A stretch of 64,000 nt of DNA from an uncultured delta proteobacterium. GTDB lineage: Bacteria; Desulfobacterota; Binatia; Binatales; Binataceae. The notes below the pieces were generated by a model. It made no database searches. It saw only the letters and a program-made list of their open reading frames with translations, and was not told the DNA's origin. How positions within the stretch are numbered: position 1 is the stretch's first letter; the number at the start of each line of letters is the position of its first letter. The stretch is taken from NCBI GenBank assembly GCA_963724765.1, contig CAVRVY010000004.1:1536001-1600000 (forward strand), read 5' to 3'. Below, piece after piece: positions 30,667-39,348 of this stretch. The position numbers and the translations under genes are program-made.

Positions 30667-30852
30667 TAGTCGTGCTCCTATAACGCCGAAGGCGCCCGGC
30701 TTCGAGACCACCTGTTGATGGTCAAGACTCCGGGCGCCTTCCTCACGCCTTTAAGTCTGGGTCCAACACCAGATTAGGCATATCCGGGGTACCTCCGCAA
30801 CTCTCCGGTAAAGCCTAACGACGGACCTATACCATGGGACACCGGGCAGCCC

Positions 30853-30965
30853 GTGACGGCACGTGACGGCTCCTCCCATATATACGAATGTCGATCTTAT
30901 ATTCTTAATATAAGAAAGTAAGATCGAGATCAGGCGATAAGAGAACTGCCGTCACGTGCCGTCAC
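30853..30965. repeat. nested inverted repeats, candidate replication origin
   Basis: Perfect 18-bp IR GTGACGGCACGTGACGGC / GCCGTCACGTGCCGTCAC around an AT-rich core containing TCGATCTTA/TAAGATCGA and TTCTTA/TAAGAA. Confidence 0.7.
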
Positions 30966-31827
30966 AACCGGGGAGCTAGATCGGAACTTCGGCCTTGCGG
31001 CCCGAACCCCGGCACACGCGCGTGCGCCACGGCCCGACACGGCACCATCGAAAGGCGATCTAACCCTCTAGCCGATTATAAAGAGCAACGGCAGCAGCCG
31101 AGCCGGGAAGGCACCCTAATGGCACAGGCGCCGATAGCAGATCGATGAACTCTTACGCAGCGTGAGCTGAAATGACGATCTAGCCTCGACTCGTATAGTC
31201 GATATGGCCCGGAAAGCCGCCAAACTTGGCCGCTTTTGCCGGTCTAGGTCGGGCGGATACTCGACCGAGGGCCGTAGCGCCCGCCGTGTGGCGCCGGTGC
31301 CCCGACAAATCGCTATGTCGCTCCTATCCAGGGCGGGGATCGCGGCCTACGCGGGCGGGCTACCCCGGCGGCCTCGCACCTCGGTCGGCGGCGGCGCCAC
31401 AGAACCGGGGGAATATATCGAGGGGGGAGGGGGTAGGCGGTGGCGTTCTTTTCTTTCCCGTTCAAACGGCGGGGATCGATGGCTTGTGATGACTTCCCTT
31501 GGCCCAGGGCACCGGGCATCCGGCACCAGGCATCGGTTCGGCGGCATAGGACCGGCGGCGCCCGCGCGCCACCAGATCCGTTTTCAAAAACCGTCCAGGC
31601 GCGCGCCCGGCAAAAATTTCCCGACCAAAAACTTGAACGGGGTCCAGGGCCGCCGGTTAGTTAATGCTCTTTGAACTTCGGGAGCATTACTAATAAAGGC
31701 CCCTTGACGACATAGTTATTTTCGAGCCATGGTAATAACTAACAGCAGCGCAGCGATCAGTGCCGGTGGTTCGGCAGCCAAAGACCACCGGCATTTTTGC
31801 GTTCTAAAGCTGTAGGCGGAGTATGTA

Positions 31828-32016
31828 ATGACTATTGGAATCCCATTAACGGAATTAGCCGAACAGCTAACCGTGCCACCTCGTATCGTACGGTCGTGGG
31901 TAGCGAAGGGGTACCTGACCGCCCGCCGGGGGAAGGGCGGTCGCATCTTTGTCTACCCGCGCAGTTATGCCCGGCTCCTTTCAGGAGGCTCGTATGCCGA
32001 AGCTCGTACAGCTTAA
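31828..32016 (+). CDS. small MerR/Xis-like HTH protein
   Basis: LTELAEQLTVPPRIVRSWVAKGYL...GGRIFV; GGAG RBS. Confidence 0.65.
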   Translation: MTIGIPLTELAEQLTVPPRIVRSWVAKGYLTARRGKGGRIFVYPRSYARLLSGGSYAEARTA

Positions 32017-32299
32017 GGATCACGTTGTGGAGCACCGGCGGTGCCGGAACTGCGGCTTCGATCAGGACGCTCCCGAACTAACGCCCGAGCAGATGATTGA
32101 GCTACTCCGGGCCTGGCAGGAAGCCCATCCACCTATCTATTGCTGGACGCGCGACGAATTGGATGGCCTACGGCGTGGATTGCTACCGGGCGATGTGTTC
32201 GTCAACTTTTTTTGCAATAGCGTCGTGTTCAAACGCGCGGGCGTTTCCATTACCTGGGAGCGGGGCGCGCGCAAATCTGAATCGAAGGAGATAGGGTAA
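31994..32299 (+). CDS. hypothetical protein with CxxC
   Basis: AGGAGG RBS; CRNC; stop overlaps the next ATG. Confidence 0.6.
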   Translation: MPKLVQLKDHVVEHRRCRNCGFDQDAPELTPEQMIELLRAWQEAHPPIYCWTRDELDGLRRGLLPGDVFVNFFCNSVVFKRAGVSITWERGARKSESKEIG

Positions 32300-33009
32300 T
32301 GAGTTTATTTTTCGGCAAAACAGATCCCGTGGATCAAGCAGATCGCGCCGCCCGCGCCGCCGCCGACAAGGAATCCCTGGCGAAGCAAACTGGGCTACGT
32401 AATGCGCTACCAGCGGAGCACGGTTCACGACTGGAGATGGCGGCGGGCGCCATTGAGGATGAAGTCTACAAGGGCCGCCTCGATCAATTCTCGATCCTCC
32501 GGGCGCGCGAACAAGCGCTGGGTATCCTGCAGCAGGCCGTCCACCGGAATCAAATGAGCGAGGACGTCGCTCTACAGGACTATCGTGAGGCTTGCCAGCT
32601 CGAATTGGAAAAATGGCTCGATGCGCCTACGGCTGCCGCCGCGCTATGCCGGGCGCGGGTTCGAGCCATCGTGCCCAAGCCGCGCGACCAGTTTACGTGG
32701 ACATGGGAATCCGCTGTGGCGCGGGCGCTCGGCTCCGGGGCGATCCCGCGCGATATCCCGCCGATAGCTATCGACACGCTGGGCGCGGAAGTGTTGAAGG
32801 AAGGAGACCAGATCCGCGCCTTCGATGAGCGCTACGGCGGGGTCTTCTACGTGGTAGGTACGGACAACAAAACCCGCGAGGTGAAGTACTCCTCGTTGCA
32901 GGAGTTTCGGCCACGAGGCGTGGTGATGAGCCCGGAAGGGATCGCGCGCTGGAACCTGCGCTTCAAACGTTCACATCAACCGGAGAGCCTTGAAGGCCCA
33001 GCCGTATAA
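32299..33009 (+). CDS. hypothetical protein
   Basis: 236-aa ORF, AAGGAG RBS, TAATG coupling. Confidence 0.65.
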   Translation: MSLFFGKTDPVDQADRAARAAADKESLAKQTGLRNALPAEHGSRLEMAAGAIEDEVYKGRLDQFSILRAREQALGILQQAVHRNQMSEDVALQDYREACQLELEKWLDAPTAAAALCRARVRAIVPKPRDQFTWTWESAVARALGSGAIPRDIPPIAIDTLGAEVLKEGDQIRAFDERYGGVFYVVGTDNKTREVKYSSLQEFRPRGVVMSPEGIARWNLRFKRSHQPESLEGPAV

Positions 33010-33296
33010 AGTTTACGCCGCTGGGCGCGGGTACGTGTGGTACCGGCAGGAGATCTCCGGTCGCGGTTTCAACCATTCCCGCGATGAATCAGAAGTGCCT
33101 GCGCCCGCATCAAGTGTTCGACAGGGGGCCGTGCCAGGGCGACCCTAGATAGTAGGTGCTTATGTAAAGGTTGGCGCCTGCTAACCCTGGCAAAAACTTT
33201 ATGGGATGTCGCACGATCAGAAGGTTCTCGCTGTGGCGGCGGCAGTGACGTTTAGGGAATCAGCGCTATCAACTTTGCAACTCGGAGAAGAAGAAC

Positions 33297-33959
33297 ATGG
33301 ACCATTTCGAAGCCGTAAGCCAAATGCTCGGCATCAACCGGGGCCAGCTACAATATCGCGCGGCTCATGCGCGCGGTACCGAAGACCGGAACACGGTCCG
33401 CGAGGTTCACGAAACTCCGGACATCACTGCTATCGCTGCGAACGTGGACTACTCGAACCGCCACGCCCTGGCGCAGAACATCGTGGACGTAGATGGCGAT
33501 GCCGAAGACGGTCGCGACTGCTCCGGCATCGCCCGTACCGTCAATGCCATGAAGGCGCCGAAGCTATCCGAGACCGGACTCGGCAACAAGGAGAAGGGCG
33601 ATCGCGAACCTGACGGCAATCCGGATAAGTCCAAGCAGGAAGGTGCTGACGGCCAGCCCGATATCATCAATGCCAAGGGTGCCGAAGAGGACGAGGATTG
33701 CGATGACGACGGCGAGGACATCGATGCCAAGGCCAAGGCGGTCAAGAAGGTTTTCATGCTCAGGCATGGATCGGAAGCTCGAATGATGTTGCGCGGGCAC
33801 GTTCGTGAAGGTGATTGGACTGACGAAGATCGGCCGTTGCGCAAGGCGCTGGAAAGCATGTGCGAGAACGACGCCGAGTGGGATGCCGGCCGGGCGGCAC
33901 ACGCACGCATGGGCGGCAGCGCGGGCGGCTACGACAACGTGACTCGCGTATTTGGTTGA
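33297..33959 (+). CDS. acidic hypothetical protein
   Basis: 220-aa ORF, GGAG RBS, Asp/Glu-rich tract. Confidence 0.65.
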   Translation: MDHFEAVSQMLGINRGQLQYRAAHARGTEDRNTVREVHETPDITAIAANVDYSNRHALAQNIVDVDGDAEDGRDCSGIARTVNAMKAPKLSETGLGNKEKGDREPDGNPDKSKQEGADGQPDIINAKGAEEDEDCDDDGEDIDAKAKAVKKVFMLRHGSEARMMLRGHVREGDWTDEDRPLRKALESMCENDAEWDAGRAAHARMGGSAGGYDNVTRVFG

Positions 33960-33983
33960 CCATTGTAGGCGCGTGGAATAAAC

Positions 33984-34250
33984 ATGAACGCCCCACTAAT
34001 ACTCCATGGCCGCGTTCGCCTGCACCGGGCCGAGGACGACCGGGATCAGCCTCAGACCTATCCGATAGATACCGCGCCGAACGACGTCATCTTCGCGTGT
34101 GTTCGATGTGGTTATGAAAGGACGGCGCTGCGTTGGCGGTTGCGCACCGAGAAGGTTCTGAAACGCTACAAAGGTCTCCGGCCAGACCCTCCGGCGCAAT
34201 GCCGTTGTGGCTCATACGACTTCCGCGAGGTGAAGCCTCGTGATGGATGA
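33984..34250 (+). CDS. hypothetical Zn-ribbon protein
   Basis: CVRC...CRCGS. Confidence 0.55.
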   Translation: MNAPLILHGRVRLHRAEDDRDQPQTYPIDTAPNDVIFACVRCGYERTALRWRLRTEKVLKRYKGLRPDPPAQCRCGSYDFREVKPRDG

Positions 34251-34350
34251 TCTTAGACGTTTCCGAACGATTCTGGCGGACTGGAGTAATTACCACGCTG
34301 ATTTTGTGCGAATGGTCGGTTCAAGGAAATCGCGAGGCTAGGGAAGGATA

Positions 34351-35130
34351 ATGCCCTCGCAGCCGCTACCGGGTGAAGAACTGGTCTCGGTACCCTGCCT
34401 GAACTGCGAGACCTTGATCGAGGTACCGGAGGGCAAGGTTCGCTACGGTTGGGCCAAGGATGAACTTGGCAAGCCCATCACGATTCCTAAGAATCGCTGC
34501 CGCGATTGCTCCCGCCTCCACGACAACCTCCGCCACGAACGAGATCAGGAATTCGAAACCCGCTTCAAAGAAGTAATCAAGACCAAAAACCGTGCGCGCG
34601 TAAAGAAGCGACTGGAGCAGTTTCCGGTGGTCGAGGAATTGGCCAAGCTGAGGGTAGGCCGCAACGGTGAGCCCGGTTTTGATCGGCTACTTGATCTCCT
34701 GGAAGGCGTGGCGGGCGGGCGCCACAACTATCGGCCCTTTACCACCAAGGCTATTACCCCTGGCATGCGTGCCGAGATCCAGGAGCACGATCCCTATTAC
34801 GATGGCCCGGTGCCGCGCGACTACCGGAAGGTCTGCGGCCAGCAACGTCGAGAGATGAAGGCCATGCGGGCGCGCGGGGAAATACCGATGGCTTCCATGT
34901 TTCCGCAGATCAACGTCTACCACCGGATGGGGGAACACGCCCGGATGGGATTGGACGGGGAGCAATGCCCGGAGTGCTGTGCCGCGCCGAAGAATACTGG
35001 GTTGTCGAAGAAGTACCGGCTCAAGCACGGGATCGACATGACGGCGCCCGCCGAGCCTCTGGTGGAGACCCGGCGGGCAGTTAAGACGTGGAACCGGCAT
35101 CCAGAACGCGATCTGGATCAGGAGGAATAG
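34351..35130 (+). CDS. hypothetical Cys-motif protein
   Basis: CLNC...CRDC and CPECC; GGAAGGA RBS. Confidence 0.6.
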   Translation: MPSQPLPGEELVSVPCLNCETLIEVPEGKVRYGWAKDELGKPITIPKNRCRDCSRLHDNLRHERDQEFETRFKEVIKTKNRARVKKRLEQFPVVEELAKLRVGRNGEPGFDRLLDLLEGVAGGRHNYRPFTTKAITPGMRAEIQEHDPYYDGPVPRDYRKVCGQQRREMKAMRARGEIPMASMFPQINVYHRMGEHARMGLDGEQCPECCAAPKNTGLSKKYRLKHGIDMTAPAEPLVETRRAVKTWNRHPERDLDQEE

Positions 35131-35390
35131 TTTACGGTGAGCCGCTGCATTCCGGCGCGGAACCGGCCCATTCGCCCACGTCGTCGGCGGCGCCTGCCGG
35201 GATATAACCCTCATTGCCGTTGTGCAGGCGGATCAGCATCCGACCGTCGGCCCGGATCGCGATAATGTGGACCAGACGCCCGGCATGGAGGGTCTGGAAA
35301 ACTTCACCCGTCCTATAGCTAAGGTTCACGTCAGCGTTGAGGCGGCCCAGCAGATTGACCGCGCGTGGGCCGGCACTGTCCAAACCAAAT

Positions 35391-35846
35391 CTATGAAGTC
35401 GGAACCTTGGCAACCCAATTGCCAAAATCCTTTTCAGTGCGTTTCCCGACTTGGGCAACGGCACCGCCCTTGAAGAAAGAGCTTCCAAAGATGTGGATGT
35501 AACCGCCGAAGTCGGACGGCAGATAAAAGTTCCCATACTTGAGCATTGCCACCCTTTCTTTTCCCAAGCAGCCATAGAAGTACCCGAACTCGAAGAGCAC
35601 GTTCAGGTTGGGTGTCCACACCGTTTTGCCCCGAACAGTAGCCTCAGCCTCCGGTGAGAAGAGCAAGATCGCACCGTTCACCTTAGCTCGTATATTGTCC
35701 AATTCTTCAAGCAAAGTTTTTCCCAGTGTAAAGGCGTCCCACCACGGGAGCAACTCGATAGTTGGACCTTTGAACTTTTCTACAACTGCTTTGGCCTGTG
35801 ATTTTGCGGCAGCAGATGAGCCGATAAAGAGGGTCGCTTTGGGCAT
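35391..35846 (-). CDS. standalone TIR-like predicted nucleotide-binding protein (CAP12/Pycsar-type TIR)
   Basis: LFIGSS, PNLNVLFEFGYFYGCLGKERV (catalytic Glu retained), LPSDFGG. Confidence 0.8.
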   Translation of the reverse strand: MPKATLFIGSSAAAKSQAKAVVEKFKGPTIELLPWWDAFTLGKTLLEELDNIRAKVNGAILLFSPEAEATVRGKTVWTPNLNVLFEFGYFYGCLGKERVAMLKYGNFYLPSDFGGYIHIFGSSFFKGGAVAQVGKRTEKDFGNWVAKVPTS

Positions 35847-35983
35847 GCCTTAGCATATCTCAAAAGGCAAGCGTCGCACCCGCTCTGGGGGATTGATCGC
35901 GGTGAAATAGAGCAACATAACGTTCTTTATGACTGGACCGGATGGGCGTGTCCATCCGGCCCTTGTGATCGGCCCGGCAGGTG

Positions 35984-37428
35984 CTATTCCGGCGGCTTTT
36001 CGCCCGCGCCCTCATCTACGGGTTGCTCATAGTGCCCTACCTCGTTGCCCCAGCTTTTCCATTCTCCGCCACGGAGACGGCGGGCGAATAGCTCCAGCTT
36101 CCGCACCTTCGGATACATCATCTCGATGATCTCATAGGCGCGGTCCGGCTTTGCGCTATTCAGTTCGGACCAAGGCTCACCCTCGAACACGGATCGCGGC
36201 TTCTCGTACTGCAAAGGTGAAATTGAGCCCCGCGTACCGATCAACAGCACCTCGTGCTGCCAGAAGGCGAAGCTACCGATCACCGGGCGGGGCTTCTTCC
36301 AGATGAAATGACTATTGTACGCAAAGCCCCAGCCCGCCATTACGTTCATCGCGGCGGGCAGCATCTTTACCGTGGCCCACAGGAAAAGCGCGCAGTCGTC
36401 GGTCAGGTGCTCGTCAAGGTTGAGATCTTCTCTAAGAGCAATGATCTCCTCGGCGTCCATGGTCGGGAACGTATTCTCGGCGGCAGCACTGCTATGCTCA
36501 TTGCCGTATTTCCACGGAGGGTCGGCGTACACCACGGCGAACTTGCCCCAATCCTCGCCGGGCAACGGCGTGCCCTGCTCGATGAGATTGCCGAATCTTT
36601 GTTCACGTTTGGCTTCGCGCAGGAGATGCCGAATATAACCGGCTGTGCGGTCCTTCCTCTCGAACGCCGTCACAACAGCGTCGGGGCGTTCGGCAAGTGC
36701 CAAGACTTCCTCGTGGGTAAGGTGGATCTTCTCATTCAGGATGTCGTCTCTCAGTGCACCGCCAGCGACCTTGATCTTACCGATCTGATCAACGGCTTGG
36801 CTGAACGCGCCACGGCGTTCGACGGTGCTGTCGCTGACGCTGTTTTCACGACCGAGCCTCTGGGCGAGAGTTTCGAACTTCTCCCCATTTTGGGAGAGGT
36901 TAGATCGGTGCGCGTCCCTTGCGCCTTCTGTTCGTTGTACTCTTGGCCGAGGCAGTATTTCGACCACGTGCGATTGTGGTTGCGGCGGCCTCTCTGATTG
37001 TCGCGAATCCATTTTTTTGCGTGTTCCCACGATTCAAATGGCTGCTCTTGGAAAACCGGCTTGAGCCATCCGTGCTCGCGTTCCTTCAGCCAGATATCGA
37101 GTCGGTGATGGCCATCGGCTAAGAAGCGCTGTCCATCTGGCAGCACTCCTATCGTCAGCGGATGACTGATACGGCGGTCGGTGCGGATCAGGTTCAGGAG
37201 GTTGGCCTTCTCTTCAGGAGTCAGCGGTCGGAGAAGGCGTCGAGCCTTCCAATAGATATCAAACGCGACGTCTACGAGCATTTTCCACTCGACGTCAGCG
37301 ATTCCGACATACTCAGTGCCTAGGCGCTTCCCGTCAGAAACCCGGTCGAGGTATTCGGGCCGCTCCTTCGTCGAACGGTACGTCTGTCCCGGTGCAGGCC
37401 GAGCCTTGCCTTCATCGCGCGTCATCAT
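35984..37428 (-). pseudogene. ParB-like + MT-A70 adenine methyltransferase fusion with one frameshift near 36890
   Basis: N-part PLTPEE...LADGHHR...NQRGRRN; C-part VYADPPW, LFLWAT, SAKPD, LELFAR, WGNE. Confidence 0.8.
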
Positions 37429-37457
37429 CCGCCTCCGCTCTGATGAGCAGCGCCACC

Positions 37458-37922
37458 TTATTCACCTTGGCTAGTTGGCCGTACCTTCAGCCCTTTGCGA
37501 TATTGTTCGACGTCTGTGTCGAGGGTAGCCAGCGCGCTAGCTGCCATCTCATTAACGCGGTGCGCACCGACCACGAATACCGTAGTATCTAAGTACATTT
37601 CGGAGGTTTTAGTTGTTAGGGTTATGCTAATAGCTATAGCACTTGAATACCCGGTCAACTCACCATTGTTGTCATCGACGCAAACTATTCGCATTCCGGC
37701 TGCTGGATTGTCACCGTCTTGGACCAATTCGTAACCGGCGGATGCCCTGATTTTCTCTTTCAGAGCGAAGCAAAATCTCGAACCTACGGTATCGTTGCAA
37801 GCGCAACCAACAACCACTCCCACGGGAGCGCCACTTGCTGCTTGCGCACGCCAGCACGACAGGGATGTAAGAGCTATAACTATTGCGATCGCGGCGCCGC
37901 GTTGAGCTGATTGTATTCTCAT
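37458..37922 (-). CDS. hypothetical secreted protein
   Basis: Hydrophobic N-terminus with AQA cleavage-like site. Confidence 0.6.
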   Translation of the reverse strand: MRIQSAQRGAAIAIVIALTSLSCWRAQAASGAPVGVVVGCACNDTVGSRFCFALKEKIRASAGYELVQDGDNPAAGMRIVCVDDNNGELTGYSSAIAISITLTTKTSEMYLDTTVFVVGAHRVNEMAASALATLDTDVEQYRKGLKVRPTSQGE

Positions 37923-38405
37923 GTACTGCTCTGCTCCCCTTGGCCCGGCGCATACTAAGGGTTGGCCTGATCAGATCAGGATTTGCGAGCACATCCCCTG
38001 CGTCCCGAACGCCAAAGCAGTTTAACAATGCCTTAGAGCGCTCACAAGAGGCTAGATGCCTTTAGAGATAATCTATAGAGGTCTGGGTCAGCGCAGCGGC
38101 GGCATCAGCATGATTGATGATGCTACGCCCGGCCTGCATGGTCATCGCTCCTTGGGCTCGTCAGGTGTACAGGACGCGGGTTCGCGGCCGAAAAAAGCAG
38201 GGATCCTCCAAGATTCTCAGTACTCCCCCGTGGGCGACCTCAGTGTCTCGGAGGGGCGGCATGGATGTCTGGGATCGGGGGTCGCTAGCGTCCTACGAAG
38301 AAGAGCAACGTTAACCACACAACGTAGGGCAGACGGAGGAGAGTCAATACGCAAAGTAATAACCGGCCCCGGACAGGCGTGTCTCTCCCTTTTCGGTGCC
38401 GTCAA

Positions 38406-38434
38406 TTGAATGCCTGACTTTCACGCCGTATTCT
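38406..38434 (+). promoter_or_regulatory. sigma-70-like promoter for the HTH gene and tRNA-like RNA
   Basis: TTGAAT-N17-TATTCT, 26 bp before ATG 38461. Confidence 0.55.
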
Positions 38435-38460
38435 TTTGGTCGGAGGCACGAAAACTACCG

Positions 38461-38937
38461 ATGAGTAACAAGGCAACCGCACAGAGTTCGACCACCACGC
38501 TCCGAGTGAATGAAGCGAAATGGTCGAAGGCGCTCATGGCGGGCGGCTGGACCGTCATGCCCAATGTCATCATCGAGCGGCAAAAGGTGCTCGGTCTCGA
38601 CGCAGTCGATATCAACATCTTGATGCACTTGGCGCTCTACTGGTGGACACCCGACAACAAGCCTCATCCCTCGAAAAATACGATTGCGGCCGCGGTCGGC
38701 GTTCATCCTCGTACGGTGCAGCGCCGCATTGCTGAAATGGAAAAGCACGGGCTGATCCGACGTGAGGAACGGCGCATACGTGGGCAGGGCAGTAAGACCA
38801 ACCTCTACCATTTCGACGGGCTCATTAAGGAAGCGACGCCCTATGCGGCAGAAAAGGTACAGGAAGCCGCGAAGCGCGCGGCCGAGCGCAAGGCCACGGC
38901 CGCCCGTAAGGGGAGGCCACGGTTGCGCCTCGTTTAG
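38461..38937 (+). CDS. winged-HTH protein (HTH_36 / replication-initiator N-terminal-like)
   Basis: PHPSKNTIAAAVGVHPRTVQRRIAEMEKHGLIRR...TNLY. Confidence 0.8.
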   Translation: MSNKATAQSSTTTLRVNEAKWSKALMAGGWTVMPNVIIERQKVLGLDAVDINILMHLALYWWTPDNKPHPSKNTIAAAVGVHPRTVQRRIAEMEKHGLIRREERRIRGQGSKTNLYHFDGLIKEATPYAAEKVQEAAKRAAERKATAARKGRPRLRLV

Positions 38938-38958
38938 GACGAGTAGCGGGATTAGAAT

Positions 38959-39065
38959 CGCGGTGTAGCTCAGGCGGATAGAGCACCTCGCTTTCTTCAT
39001 ACGACGTAGGACGACAAACCACAGTATGGGCGAGGAGGTCGCAGGTTCAAGTCCTGCCACCGCCA
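38959..39065 (+). ncRNA. tRNA-Met-like RNA with a 40-nt structured insert in place of the 7-nt anticodon loop
   Basis: Acceptor CGCGGTG/CACCGCC (1:72 mismatch), D arm GCTC/GAGC, anticodon stem CCTCG/CGAGG, variable AGGTC, T arm GCAGG-TTCAAGT-CCTGC, 3' ACC(T). Confidence 0.8.
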
Positions 39066-39348
39066 CCTTTGAAGGGAAAGATGGGCTAAACTGAGGTTCC
39101 CCTGTTGCCCAGCGCCCACGCCCGAGCCGATTCTTGTCCGACACTTTCTGCCAAACCGGATCGGATACCGAAGGAAAAACGCGGGAACTTTGGCTATTGA
39201 TGGCCTGTGCCTCGTTTTGTACCTCGCATAGCTGAGAGCGCCAGAGAGAAAATCCCTCACTGAAGCAGCCGGATAGACCGGTTGCACCGGAGTAAAAATC
39301 CGGCAGCAATAGCCCATTTGCCGTGGAACGGCAGAGGTGGGCGGAGGG

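Noticed and set aside
36880-36900. Programmed -1 frameshift in the methyltransferase
   Set aside because: No in-frame X XXY YYZ slippery heptamer at the junction.
38959-39065. Functional decoding tRNA (Met or Glu) or intron-containing tRNA
   Set aside because: The 40-nt loop is far too short for a group I intron, I could not find a bulge-helix-bulge whose removal leaves a canonical loop, and CCA is not fully encoded; treated as a tRNA-like ncRNA.
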